This document shows, in pieces, positions 1 through 9,452 of a stretch of 64,000 bases of DNA. The stretch's first letter is position 1. Every line of letters begins with the position of its first letter. A program made the position numbers and the translations under genes. The notes under the pieces are model-generated. The model was not told the DNA's origin. It worked only from the letters and a program-made list of their open reading frames with translations, and did not search any database. The stretch is from Planctomycetota bacterium (GTDB taxonomy: Bacteria; Planctomycetota; JAJSAM01; JAJVHW01), in NCBI GenBank assembly GCA_965248445.1, contig CBDFJG010000002.1, forward strand, positions 32,001 to 96,000, read 5' to 3'.

Positions 1-46
1 GCTTGGACGCTCCGCGGCTGTAGGATGAACGCGCCCTAGGGCACTC

Positions 47-1429
47 ATGGACGAACTCGTAGGAAGTAGATGCGGGCCGGCAGGACCGGCTCACCTGAAC
101 CTCTTCGCGCAGGATGCGCTGCTCTCCGCACAAGACGGGGTGGTTGCGGGCGACGGCCTCGCTCTCGTCATCGTCGTCGCGCTGGTCGTCGTCATCCTCT
201 CGTTCCTGGCGTCCATGACCGAGGCGGCGTTCCTGTCGCTGCCGCGCTTGAAGGCGACGACGATGCGCGACAGCGAAAGCCGCATCGACCGCATGGCGGG
301 GAAGATGCGGCTCGCGTTCGGTCGGCCGCTGGCCACGATCGTCATCATCAACAACCTGGCGAACGTGACCGGCTCGGCTCTGTTCGGCCTCACCGTGGCG
401 CGCTGGCTCGGGAACGGCGAAAACGCCGACGTCGACGCGGGCGTGTGGATCGGTTCGACCATCCTGACGTTCGTCGTGATCGTCGCCGGCGAGATCATCC
501 CGAAGACCATCGGCGAGCGCTACTCGCCCACCGTCACGCGGATCATGGCACCGGTCATCCGCGCGCTGACGATGGTGCTCTTCCCGGTCGTCTACCTGGT
601 CGGGCTCGCCCAGAAGCCGTTCATGCGCGTGAGCATGCGTCACGTCACATCGGAGGAGGAGATCGCGCGCCTGACCGAACTGGGCCGGGAGCAGGGAGCG
701 ATCGAACCGGACGAGGGGGAGATGATCCGACGGGTCTTCCGCCTGAACGACATCAAGGCCGAAGACATCATGACGCCGCGCGTCGAGATCGTCTCGCTGC
801 CTGCGGACAAGACGCTCGGTGAGATCGCCGCACAGCTCGGCGAGATCACCCGCTCACGGATTCCGCTGTACGGCGACGACGGCGACGACGTGCTGGCGAT
901 GCTCGACCGCAGCGACGCGCTGCACCAGCTCGCCCTGGATCGCATGGACGTCCCGGTGACCGACGCGAGCGTGTCGTTCAAGCCGTTCTTCGTGCCCGAG
1001 ACGATTGCTGCCGACGATCTCATGGTGACGCTGCAGCGCCGCACGAACCCGATCGCGATCGTGGTCGGCGAGTACGGCGACACCGTCGGCGTCGTGACGC
1101 TCGAGGACGTCATCGAGGAGATCGTGGGCGAGATCGTCGACGAGGGGGACCTCGCGAACGCCGAAGACCTCGAACGAGTCGGCGACGACGAGATCGTCTG
1201 CGACGCGCGCACCGAGGTCAACGCGATCAACGACGCGCTCGGCACCAGCATCCCGAACCACCGCACAGTGGCCGGCCTCCTGCTGGACGAACTGGAGCGC
1301 ATCCCGGCCAAGGGTGCCGAGTTGCTCCTGCGCGAGGTGCGGATCCGCGTCGAGGACGCCAACGACCGCGCGATCCTCTCGGTCCGCGTCACGAAGCTCG
1401 TGCCGGAGGAAGACGACGACGAGCAGTAG
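47..1429 (+). CDS. CNNM/hemolysin-family (DUF21-CBS-CBS-CorC) membrane protein
   Basis: N-terminal TM helices with 'EAAFLSL' and 'GEIIPKT', CBS pair ('IMTPR', 'VVGEYGDTVGVVTLEDVIEEIVGEI'), CorC-like C-terminus ('TVAGLLL'). Start uncertain. Confidence 0.9.
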   Translation: MDELVGSRCGPAGPAHLNLFAQDALLSAQDGVVAGDGLALVIVVALVVVILSFLASMTEAAFLSLPRLKATTMRDSESRIDRMAGKMRLAFGRPLATIVIINNLANVTGSALFGLTVARWLGNGENADVDAGVWIGSTILTFVVIVAGEIIPKTIGERYSPTVTRIMAPVIRALTMVLFPVVYLVGLAQKPFMRVSMRHVTSEEEIARLTELGREQGAIEPDEGEMIRRVFRLNDIKAEDIMTPRVEIVSLPADKTLGEIAAQLGEITRSRIPLYGDDGDDVLAMLDRSDALHQLALDRMDVPVTDASVSFKPFFVPETIAADDLMVTLQRRTNPIAIVVGEYGDTVGVVTLEDVIEEIVGEIVDEGDLANAEDLERVGDDEIVCDARTEVNAINDALGTSIPNHRTVAGLLLDELERIPAKGAELLLREVRIRVEDANDRAILSVRVTKLVPEEDDDEQ

Positions 1430-1480
1430 GGGCGGGCCGCTGCGCCCGCCCGCGGGTGGCCGAAGCGGTACGACAGGGGG

Positions 1481-1934
1481 ATGAGTGCCGTGCCGCTGCT
1501 GAAGTGGTTGTTCACCACTTCAGCCCCCTCGTGCGCTGACGCGCGCACTCAGGTCGCGCCCGGCGGGCTGAGACCGCCGGGGAGTTCCCGTGGGTCCGCC
1601 CGGCGCCTGGCGCAATCGCGGGTCATTGTGCCGAGCAGCACTCCGCGCGAGTGAGTGCCGTGCCGCGGCTGAAGTGGTTGTTCACCACTTCAGCCCCCTC
1701 GTGCGCTGACGCGCGCACTCAGGTCGCGTCCGGTGGGCTGAGACCGCCGGGGGAGTTCCCATGGGTCCGCCCAGCGCCTGGCGCAATCGCGGGTCATTGT
1801 GCCGAGCAGCACTCCGCGCGAGTGAGTGCCGTGCCGCGGCTGAAGTGGTTGTTCACCACTTCAGCCCCCTCGTGCGCTGACGCGCGCACTCAGGTCGCGC
1901 CCGGTGGGCTGAGACCGCCGGGGAGTTCCCATGG
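1481..1934. repeat. Tandem ~170-bp palindrome-rich repeat (about 2.7 copies), REP/BIME-like
   Basis: Near-identical units start at 1481, 1651 and 1822; each holds the hairpin GCTGAAGTGGT-tgttc-ACCACTTCAGC plus other GC stems; lies between convergent genes. Confidence 0.9.
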
Positions 1935-1998
1935 GAAGGAGACAAATGCATCGGCCCCACGACGCTCATTTCGAACGCGGTGCGGGTCGTGGCGGTCT

Positions 1999-2571
1999 CT
2001 AGCCCACCCCCTCCAGCAGCCTCACCTTGTGCTTGCTGCGCTCGGCCAGCACCGCGGAGCGGACGGCCTCGTGGACCTCGCGGGCGCCGTGGATGCCGCG
2101 GAGCACGATCAGCTTCTCGCCGACGTCCATCGAACGGACAACCAGGTCCCCCGCCGAGCGCAGGCGCAGGAACAGCGGCTCCCGCAGTTCGAGGTCCTGC
2201 ACGCGGTGTAGTTCGACCGTGCGGCACTTCTTGTCGAGCACGCCCGTCTCGAACGTGATCCGCTGCGTCGAGATCCGGTAGCGGTTGTCCCAGCGGCGCA
2301 CGAACAGGGCGACCGCGGTGACTCCCGCGGTCAGGAGCGCCACGAAGAGCTCGGGGAAGGACTGGACGACGAGCGGCCGCAGGTCGTAGAGCCCGCGCTC
2401 CTTGTCCGCCGGTGACGGCGCCAGCCCGGCCGGAAGCTCGGGTTCGGGCTCCGCGGGCTCCACCGGCTCATTGCCGGTCTCGCCCGGGAACGCGCGGCGG
2501 CAAGCCCCGCAGAAACGGGCGTCCCAGGAGCCCTGCTTCCCGCAGATCTCGCAGTACTTCAGCGTCAGCAT
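1999..2571 (-). CDS. Bacterial PH-domain (bPH_2-like) membrane protein with N-terminal zinc ribbon
   Basis: CxxC...CxxC N-terminus, one hydrophobic segment, then 'YRISTQRITFETGVL...VELHRVQDLEL...GDLVVRS'. Confidence 0.75.
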   Translation of the reverse strand: MLTLKYCEICGKQGSWDARFCGACRRAFPGETGNEPVEPAEPEPELPAGLAPSPADKERGLYDLRPLVVQSFPELFVALLTAGVTAVALFVRRWDNRYRISTQRITFETGVLDKKCRTVELHRVQDLELREPLFLRLRSAGDLVVRSMDVGEKLIVLRGIHGAREVHEAVRSAVLAERSKHKVRLLEGVG

Positions 2572-2759
2572 CGGTCCTCACTCCCCACATCGTCCGGCAG
2601 GTCGCGCTTCGCCAGCCTGCCCCCGGCACGCGAGCGCCGGGACGGCCCGGATCGCCTCCGCGGCACCCCTCCCGCGCAGTAGACTCTGGGGCTCGCGCGG
2701 GGCACCGGCCGAAGGGACGCCGCACCGCCCCGCGGACCCCCTCTGGAGCGCCCTCGCCC

Positions 2760-3926
2760 ATGGCCGAACCATCCCTGGCTGCCGACTCTCTGGGCTCCGG
2801 CCCCCCGCCGAGCGAGGCCGACGTCGTCCGCGTGCTCCCCGCGACCGGCGACGCGGGTGGCGAAGTCAGCCACGACATCCCGGAGGACGATCTCCTGCGG
2901 ATGCACCGAATGATGACGCTCACGCGAGCCCTGGACGACCGCGGTATGCGTTATCAGCGTCAGGGCCGCCTCGGCTTCTACCTGCCCTCCTGGGGCGAGG
3001 AAGCCCTGCAGATCGGCAGCGCGTACTGCTTCTCGGACGAGGACTGGATGTTCCCGCACTACAGGGTGCCCGGCGTGGCACTGTGGCGCGGGGCCGATCT
3101 CGAACAGATGGTCGCGAACTGCTTCGGCAACGCGGACGACAACGGGCTCGGCCGCCAGATGCCCGTGCACTACACGATGAGCGAGATCAACTTCGTATCG
3201 ATCAGCTCACCGCTCGGCACCCAGATCGTCCAGGCCGCCGGTCTCGGACGCGCCCTGCAGATCAAAGGCGACCCGCGTCTCTGCGTGACGTACTTCGGCG
3301 ACGGATCGACCTCAACGAACGACTTCCACACCGGAATGAACTTCGCGGGCGTGTGGAAGGCGCCGGTCATCTTCTTCTGCAACAACAACGGCTGGGCGAT
3401 CTCGACCCCGATCGAGCAGCAGTGTGCGGCAGCGTCGCTCGCTGACAAGGCGATCGGCTACGGGATGCCGGCCATCCGCGTCGACGGCAACGACGTTCTC
3501 GCCGTGGTCGAAGCGACGCAGCGGGCCGTACGGCACATCAAGCTGAGCGGCGGCCCCGTGTTCATCGAGGCGCTCACCTACCGGATGGGTCCGCACAGCA
3601 GTTCGGACGACCCGACGATCTACCAGCCCGAAGAAGAGCGCGAGGAGTGGAAGGCGAAGGACCCGATCCTGCGCTTCCGCGCCTACTTGAAGGCGGCGGG
3701 AGTGATCACCGACAAGGAGATCGCTGCGATCGAGGAGGAGTGCAAGGAGCAAGTGCTGTCGTCGTTCAAGCGCAACGAGAACGTCGCCAAGCCCTCGCTC
3801 GAGTCGATGTTCGAGGACGTCTACGCCGAAATGCCAGACGCCATCCGTGAACAGCAGCAGTTCCTCGTCGCGTTCGAAGGCGGCGAGGTGCGCGAAGACA
3901 CCAGCGGAGCCGAGTTCCCGCTCTAG
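2760..3926 (+). CDS. 2-oxoacid dehydrogenase E1 alpha subunit (BCKDH/PDH type), copy 1
   Basis: 'QRQGRLGFY', 'GRQMPVHY', TPP motif 'GDGSTS...NN', 'YRMGPHSSSDDP'; ATG at 2760. Confidence 0.93.
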   Translation: MAEPSLAADSLGSGPPPSEADVVRVLPATGDAGGEVSHDIPEDDLLRMHRMMTLTRALDDRGMRYQRQGRLGFYLPSWGEEALQIGSAYCFSDEDWMFPHYRVPGVALWRGADLEQMVANCFGNADDNGLGRQMPVHYTMSEINFVSISSPLGTQIVQAAGLGRALQIKGDPRLCVTYFGDGSTSTNDFHTGMNFAGVWKAPVIFFCNNNGWAISTPIEQQCAAASLADKAIGYGMPAIRVDGNDVLAVVEATQRAVRHIKLSGGPVFIEALTYRMGPHSSSDDPTIYQPEEEREEWKAKDPILRFRAYLKAAGVITDKEIAAIEEECKEQVLSSFKRNENVAKPSLESMFEDVYAEMPDAIREQQQFLVAFEGGEVREDTSGAEFPL

Positions 3927-3956
3927 CGGGAGGCTCTGGCGCAGGAGACCGACCAA

Positions 3957-4934
3957 ATGCCCGAGATGACCGTTCTGCAGGCCGTCAACGACGCCCTCAG
4001 CTATGAGATGGGCCGCGACGAGGACGTCGTAATTCTCGGCGAGGACATCGCGCAGCTCGGCGGAGTGTTCCGCGCGACCGACGGCCTGCTCGACAAGTAC
4101 GGCGAACTGCGCGTCATGAACACGCCGCTCGCGGAGAGCGGGATCATCGGCACCGCGGTGGGGATGTCGCTCTACGGATTGCGCCCCGTCGCCGAGATTC
4201 AGTTCCTCGACTTCATCTATCCGGGCTTCGACCAGATCGTGTCCGAGGCCGCGAAGATGCGCTACCGCTCCGGCGGCCAGTTCACGTGCCCGATGGTGAT
4301 CCGCAGCCCGTACGGCGGCGGCATCCGCGGCGGCCACTATCACAGCCAGTCGAGCGAGGCGTACTTCGCGCACACGGCCGGGCTCACGGTCGTGATCCCC
4401 GCGACGCCGGCTGACACGAAGGGCCTCCTGCTCGCGTCGATCCGCCACGGCGATCCGGTCATCTTCCTCGAGCCCAAGGCGATCTACCGCTCGGTCAAAG
4501 GCGAGGTGCCCGAGGGCGACTTCGTCGTGCCGATCGGCAAGGCGCGCATCGCCAAGGAAGGCAAGGACCTGACGCTGATCGCTTGGGGCGCCATGCTCCA
4601 CGTCGCGACCAAGACCGCCGCGCAGGCGGCGGAGAAGGGGATCGACGTCGAGGTCATCGACCTGCGCACGATCTTCCCGTGGGACCGCGAGACCGTCCTG
4701 GAGTCGGCGAAGAAGACCGGTCGCGTCGTGATCCTGCACGAGGCCCCGCGAACCGGTGGGTTCGGGGCAGAGATCTCGGCGACGATCGCCGAGCGCGCCA
4801 TCGACTCGCTGCGCGCGCCAATCCTGCGCGTGACCGGGTTCGACACGCCGTTCCCGTACGCGCTGGAGCACGTGTACATGCCCGACGCGCGCCGCACGCT
4901 CGCCGCGGTCGAGCGCTGCTTCCATTTCGCATAG
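3957..4934 (+). CDS. 2-oxoacid dehydrogenase E1 beta subunit
   Basis: 'GEDIAQLGGVFRAT', 'TPLAESGI', 'EIQFLDF', 'HSQS', 'EVIDLRT'. Confidence 0.95.
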   Translation: MPEMTVLQAVNDALSYEMGRDEDVVILGEDIAQLGGVFRATDGLLDKYGELRVMNTPLAESGIIGTAVGMSLYGLRPVAEIQFLDFIYPGFDQIVSEAAKMRYRSGGQFTCPMVIRSPYGGGIRGGHYHSQSSEAYFAHTAGLTVVIPATPADTKGLLLASIRHGDPVIFLEPKAIYRSVKGEVPEGDFVVPIGKARIAKEGKDLTLIAWGAMLHVATKTAAQAAEKGIDVEVIDLRTIFPWDRETVLESAKKTGRVVILHEAPRTGGFGAEISATIAERAIDSLRAPILRVTGFDTPFPYALEHVYMPDARRTLAAVERCFHFA

Positions 4935-4962
4935 TGCCCAATATCGTGATTAGGAGTCAGAC

Positions 4963-6363
4963 GTGAGCGTATTTCAGTTCCCGCTGCCGGACATCGGAGA
5001 GGGCGTCGCCGAGGGCGAGGTCGTGGAGTGGAAGGTCAGCGAGGGCGACGTCGTCGCGGAGGACGACGTCCTCTGCGAGGTCATGACCGACAAAGCGACC
5101 GTCGAGATCACGAGCCCGCTGCCGGGAACGGTGACCAAGATCCGTGCGGCCGAAGGGGCGGTCACGCCGGTCGGCGCGATCCTGCTCGACATCGAGCCGG
5201 CCGCGGGCGCCCACATCCCGACCGTCGCGCAGCATGGCGACCACGCGCCCACGAACGACGATCCGGAGCCGGCGCCGGCAGCGCCCGCCGCGGTCACGTC
5301 TACCGCCTCCGGCGGGGCGACGTCGGAACTCGAGGTGGAGCGCCCCGAGGGTCGCCGCGCGCTGGCGACGCCGCACACGCGCAAGGTCGCGCGCACGCTG
5401 GGCGTGGACATCGAGCGCATCCGGGGCTCGGGTGACGCCGGCCGTGTCACCGAGGCGGATGTGCAGCGCTACGCCACGGCCGCCAACGGCGGGGGCGGCT
5501 CAGCTGGGGGTATCGCCGCGGCGGGAGCCGCAGCAGCCGCTGGCATCGTGGCCGGCGACGACAGCGGCGTGATGGGCCGCGGCGGCTTCGTGCCGGATCT
5601 GCCCGACCTGCCCGCCATCCCCGCGGCGCCGCCCGCACGGAAGGGCACGCCCTCGGACGGCCCGCTCGAGACACGCATCCCGATCAAGGGAGTGCGCAAG
5701 AAGATCTCCGAGCGCATGCGCCTCAGCAAGTCGATGGCCGCGCACTTCACGTACGTCGACGAAGTGGACGTCACCGAACTCGTGGCACTGCGGCGCTCAC
5801 TCAAGGCCGAAGCCGCCGAGGCGGGCGCGAAGCTCACCTACCTGCCGTTCATCATGAAGGCGGTCATCTCGGGACTGCGCAAGTTCCCGACGCTGAACGG
5901 ACTGACCGACGACGCCAAGGGCGAGTTCGTCGTGAAGCACTACGTAAACCTCGGCGTCGCGGTCGACACCGACAACGGGCTGATGGTTCCCGTGGTCAAG
6001 AACGCCGACCAGCTGACGATGCTCGACCTGGCCCGTGAGATCAGCCGCGTTGCAGCAGACGCGCGTAACGGGAAGTCGAAGCTGCCGGACCTGCAGGATG
6101 GGACGTTCACGATCACGAACGCCGGCAACATCGGCGGTCTGTTCGCGACGCCGATCATCAACTACCCCGAGGCCGCGATCCTCGGCGTACACGCGATCAA
6201 GCAGAAGCCGTGGATCGTGGACGGCGAGATCAAGGTGCGCGACATCATGTACCTGTCGATCTCGATCGATCACCGCATGAACGACGGCGCCACGGGTGCG
6301 TACTTCATGAACCACGTCGTGCGCCTGCTCGAGAACCCCGGCCGCATGCTGATCGAGATGTAG
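4963..6363 (+). CDS. Dihydrolipoamide acyltransferase E2
   Basis: Single lipoyl domain 'EVMTDKAT', peripheral subunit-binding domain 'ATPHTRKVAR...GSGDAGRV', catalytic 'DHRMNDG'. Confidence 0.95.
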   Translation: MSVFQFPLPDIGEGVAEGEVVEWKVSEGDVVAEDDVLCEVMTDKATVEITSPLPGTVTKIRAAEGAVTPVGAILLDIEPAAGAHIPTVAQHGDHAPTNDDPEPAPAAPAAVTSTASGGATSELEVERPEGRRALATPHTRKVARTLGVDIERIRGSGDAGRVTEADVQRYATAANGGGGSAGGIAAAGAAAAAGIVAGDDSGVMGRGGFVPDLPDLPAIPAAPPARKGTPSDGPLETRIPIKGVRKKISERMRLSKSMAAHFTYVDEVDVTELVALRRSLKAEAAEAGAKLTYLPFIMKAVISGLRKFPTLNGLTDDAKGEFVVKHYVNLGVAVDTDNGLMVPVVKNADQLTMLDLAREISRVAADARNGKSKLPDLQDGTFTITNAGNIGGLFATPIINYPEAAILGVHAIKQKPWIVDGEIKVRDIMYLSISIDHRMNDGATGAYFMNHVVRLLENPGRMLIEM

Positions 6364-6366
6364 CGC

Positions 6367-7557
6367 GTGGGGAGGGACACGGCTGAGGACCAGACGCCAT
6401 CGCTCTTCGATCGCCCGGCAGGGGCGAGCGGAGGGCCGGCCCCGGTACCCGACGACCTCGGGCTGTTCCGTGTGTTGCGCGACGACGGCACGGCCGACCC
6501 GCGGGTCGATCCGGGACTCTCCGAGGACGAACTCGTGCGGTTGTACGAGCACATGCAGCTCGTGCGCGTCCTCGACACGCGATGCCTGCGCCTGCAGCGG
6601 CAGGGACGCATCGCGTTCTACGGCACGTCGCTCGGCCAGGAGGCCGCAACGGTGGGCAGCGCCGCGTGCATCGAGCCGGATGACTGGCTGTTCCCCGCAC
6701 TGCGCGAGGGAGGCGCCGCGTTGATGCGCGGCATGCCGGTCTCGCGCTACATCGCACAACTGATGGGCAACACGCACGACGAGCAGAAGGGCCATCAGCA
6801 GCCCATGCACTTCTCGTTCCGCGCCGCCAACCACGTGTCGCTCAGCTCGCCCATCGCGACACAGGTGCCTCAGGCCGTCGGCGCGGCACGCGCGATCCAG
6901 GTCCGCCGTGAGCCGCACGTCGTCCTCGGCTACATGGGCGACGGAGCGACGAGCGAACACGACTTCCATGTGGCGATGACGTTCGCCGGCGTGTGGCGCG
7001 TACCGTGTGTGCTGTTCTGTCAGAACAACGGCTGGGCCATCTCGGTGCCCGTGTCGCGGCAGACGGCGTCGAAGACGATCGCAGTCAAGGCGCGCGGCTA
7101 CGGCATGCCCGGCGTGCGCGTCGACGGCAACGACCTGCTCGCCGTCGTCAAGGTGACGCGCGACGCGGTCCGGCGCGCCAGGAGCGGCCTCGGCCCGACG
7201 TTCATCGAGGCGGTCACCTATCGTCGCCAGGGTCACAGTTCGAGTGACGACCCGACGATCTACCGCGACCCGGCCGAACTCGCGGAGTGGGAAGCGAAGG
7301 ACCCGATCGACCGCATCCGCCGCCACATGGACGTGCGCGGCATCTGGAGCGACGCCCGTGAAGAGAGGCTCCAGGCCAAGCTGAACGACCTGGTCACGCG
7401 CGAGATTCGCGAGGCCGAGAAGGCCGGCCCGCCGGCCCTCGAGACACTGATCGAAGACGTCTACGCGGCGCCGCCCGCGATCCTGGTGGAACAGCTCGCC
7501 GAGGTGCGTCCGCACTTCCAGGAAGGCGAGACCGCCGAAGGCGAGTTCCCGCTCTAG
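6367..7557 (+). CDS. 2-oxoacid dehydrogenase E1 alpha subunit, copy 2
   Basis: 'QRQGRIAFY', 'GDGATSE...QNN', 'YRRQGHSSSDDP'. Confidence 0.92.
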   Translation: MGRDTAEDQTPSLFDRPAGASGGPAPVPDDLGLFRVLRDDGTADPRVDPGLSEDELVRLYEHMQLVRVLDTRCLRLQRQGRIAFYGTSLGQEAATVGSAACIEPDDWLFPALREGGAALMRGMPVSRYIAQLMGNTHDEQKGHQQPMHFSFRAANHVSLSSPIATQVPQAVGAARAIQVRREPHVVLGYMGDGATSEHDFHVAMTFAGVWRVPCVLFCQNNGWAISVPVSRQTASKTIAVKARGYGMPGVRVDGNDLLAVVKVTRDAVRRARSGLGPTFIEAVTYRRQGHSSSDDPTIYRDPAELAEWEAKDPIDRIRRHMDVRGIWSDAREERLQAKLNDLVTREIREAEKAGPPALETLIEDVYAAPPAILVEQLAEVRPHFQEGETAEGEFPL

Positions 7558-7621
7558 CCCCCCCCCCGTCCCACGAAGGACAATCCCGACGCGCATCGCT
7601 TCTCGGCGAGCGCAGGAGGTC

Positions 7622-9025
7622 ATGCAGATGAAGAAAGCTGATGTCGTCGTGATCGGAGCCGGTCCCGGTGGTTACGTGGCAGCGATCCGTGCCGCGCAGC
7701 ACGGCAAGAAGGTCATCTGCGTGGAGCGCGAGTTCCTCGGCGGCGTGTGCCTGAACGTCGGGTGCATCCCGTCGAAGGCGCTCATCAACGCCGGCAAGAC
7801 GGCAAGCCGCGCGAAGAAACTCTACCCCGACATGGGCCTCGACTTCGGCGAGGTGAAGATCGACATCCAGAAGATGGTCGCGTGGAAGCAGAAGGTCGTC
7901 GAGCGCCTCACGGGCGGCGTCGGCTTCCTGTTCAAGCACCACAACATCGAGCACGTGATGGGAACCGCAGCCTTCGTCGCGCCGACGACTCTCGAAGTCA
8001 CGTCGAGCAAGGGCACGGAGAAGATCGAGGCAACCGACGTGATCATCGCGACCGGCTCGCGGCCGATCGAACTCGGTGCGTTCCCGGTCGACGGCAAGCA
8101 CGTCCTTGGCTCGACCGAAGCCCTCGCACTCGACAAGCTGCCTAAGAAGGTGCTCGTGATCGGCGGCGGCTACATCGGCCTCGAGATCGGGACCTTCCTG
8201 CGCAACCTGGGCGTCGAGATCGTGATCGTCGAGGCGACGTCCTCGCTGCTGCCCGGTCAGGACCCGGAACTCGTCAAGGTGGTCCACCGCGCGCTCAAGA
8301 AGAAGAAGGTGAAGATCCTCACGGACTCGCTCGCGGAGAGCTTCGAGCCGGGCGCCGACGGTGTCGTGGTGAAGGTCAAGACGAAGAAGGGCCACGACAC
8401 GATCGAGGCGGACTGGATCCTCTCGACGGTCGGCCGGCGCCCGAACTCCGAGGAGTTGGGGCTCGACGCGATCGGCGTGACGGTCGACGGCCACGGTTTC
8501 ATCGTCGTGGACGAGAAGCGCCGCACGACGGCCGAGCACGTCTACGCAATCGGCGACGTGGCCGGGCAGCCGATGCTCGCACACAAGGCCAGCCGCGAGG
8601 GGATCGTCGCGGCGGAGGTCATCTGCGGGCTGCCGACCGAAGCCGACTACCGCTGCGTCCCCGAGGTGATCTTCACCGACCCGGAGATCGCGTCCGTTGG
8701 CCTCGACGAACAGGGCGCGAAGGACGCGGGGTACGAGCCGATCGTCGGCAAGTTCCCGTTCTCGGCGAACGGGCGCGCGCTCTCACTCGGCGAGTCCGAG
8801 GGGTTCGCGAAGGTCGTCGCGGACAAGGCGACCGACGTGGTCCTCGGTGTGCACATCGTCGGTCCGGAGGCGAGCGAGTTGATCGCGGAAGCCACGCTCG
8901 CGATCGAGATGGCCGCACGGGTCGAGGACCTGGCCGCCACCATCCACGCCCACCCGACGCTCCCCGAGGCCATCATGGAAGCCGCCGAAGCGGTCCACGG
9001 CAAAGCGATCCACGCGGTGACGTAG
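7622..9025 (+). CDS. lpdA: Dihydrolipoyl dehydrogenase E3
   Basis: 'GAGPGGYVAA', redox 'GGVCLNVGCIPSK', 'GGGYIG', C-terminal 'HAHPTLPE'; start 7622 or 7628, AGGAGG upstream. Confidence 0.96.
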   Translation: MQMKKADVVVIGAGPGGYVAAIRAAQHGKKVICVEREFLGGVCLNVGCIPSKALINAGKTASRAKKLYPDMGLDFGEVKIDIQKMVAWKQKVVERLTGGVGFLFKHHNIEHVMGTAAFVAPTTLEVTSSKGTEKIEATDVIIATGSRPIELGAFPVDGKHVLGSTEALALDKLPKKVLVIGGGYIGLEIGTFLRNLGVEIVIVEATSSLLPGQDPELVKVVHRALKKKKVKILTDSLAESFEPGADGVVVKVKTKKGHDTIEADWILSTVGRRPNSEELGLDAIGVTVDGHGFIVVDEKRRTTAEHVYAIGDVAGQPMLAHKASREGIVAAEVICGLPTEADYRCVPEVIFTDPEIASVGLDEQGAKDAGYEPIVGKFPFSANGRALSLGESEGFAKVVADKATDVVLGVHIVGPEASELIAEATLAIEMAARVEDLAATIHAHPTLPEAIMEAAEAVHGKAIHAVT

Positions 9026-9026
9026 C

Positions 9027-9452
9027 TCGCTGCGTCGGTCACGAGGATCGCAGAGCGATCCTCCCGCCCTCCTGGCTCGCGTATTCCCTCCTACGCGGTC
9101 TCCGACCGCTACGGAGGAGGCTCACTGCGGGGCGTCACGTGGCTCGCGTTGCGACCCCCGCGCCGCTCCTCGTTCGCGGCGGCGGTACCGCTCTATGACG
9201 AGAGACGCGGCGCCCTCCCACAGGGGACGACGCCACTTCCGAGATCACCGGGTGGTCGGTTCCGCGGACGGGCAGCGCCCCGCCCCTACAGCGTGCTCAC
9301 TCCCGAGCTGCGAATCGCGAGGGCGCGCAGGTTACGGAGCAAGCGGCGTGACCGCAGCCCTCCGTAGCGGTCGGAGACCGCTACGGAGGGAGACACGATC
9401 GCAAGAAGGGGCGCGAGGATCGCCTCGCGATCCTCGCGACGCGCCGCAGCGA
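9027..9452. repeat. Long degenerate inverted repeat filling the convergent intergenic region (BIME/MITE-like)
   Basis: 9027-9117 aligns with the reverse complement of 9359-9452 (shared GAGGATCGC-N3-GCGATCCTC and GCGGTCTCCGACCGCTACGGAGG); weaker similarity continues inward. Confidence 0.8.

Noticed and set aside
1481..1934. Possible CRISPR array
   Set aside because: The whole 170-bp unit repeats with no unique spacers, and no cas genes were seen in the window.
7558..7567. C10 homopolymer as a phase-variation tract
   Set aside because: It is intergenic, just after a stop codon, with no evident promoter context; its length may be a sequencing artefact.
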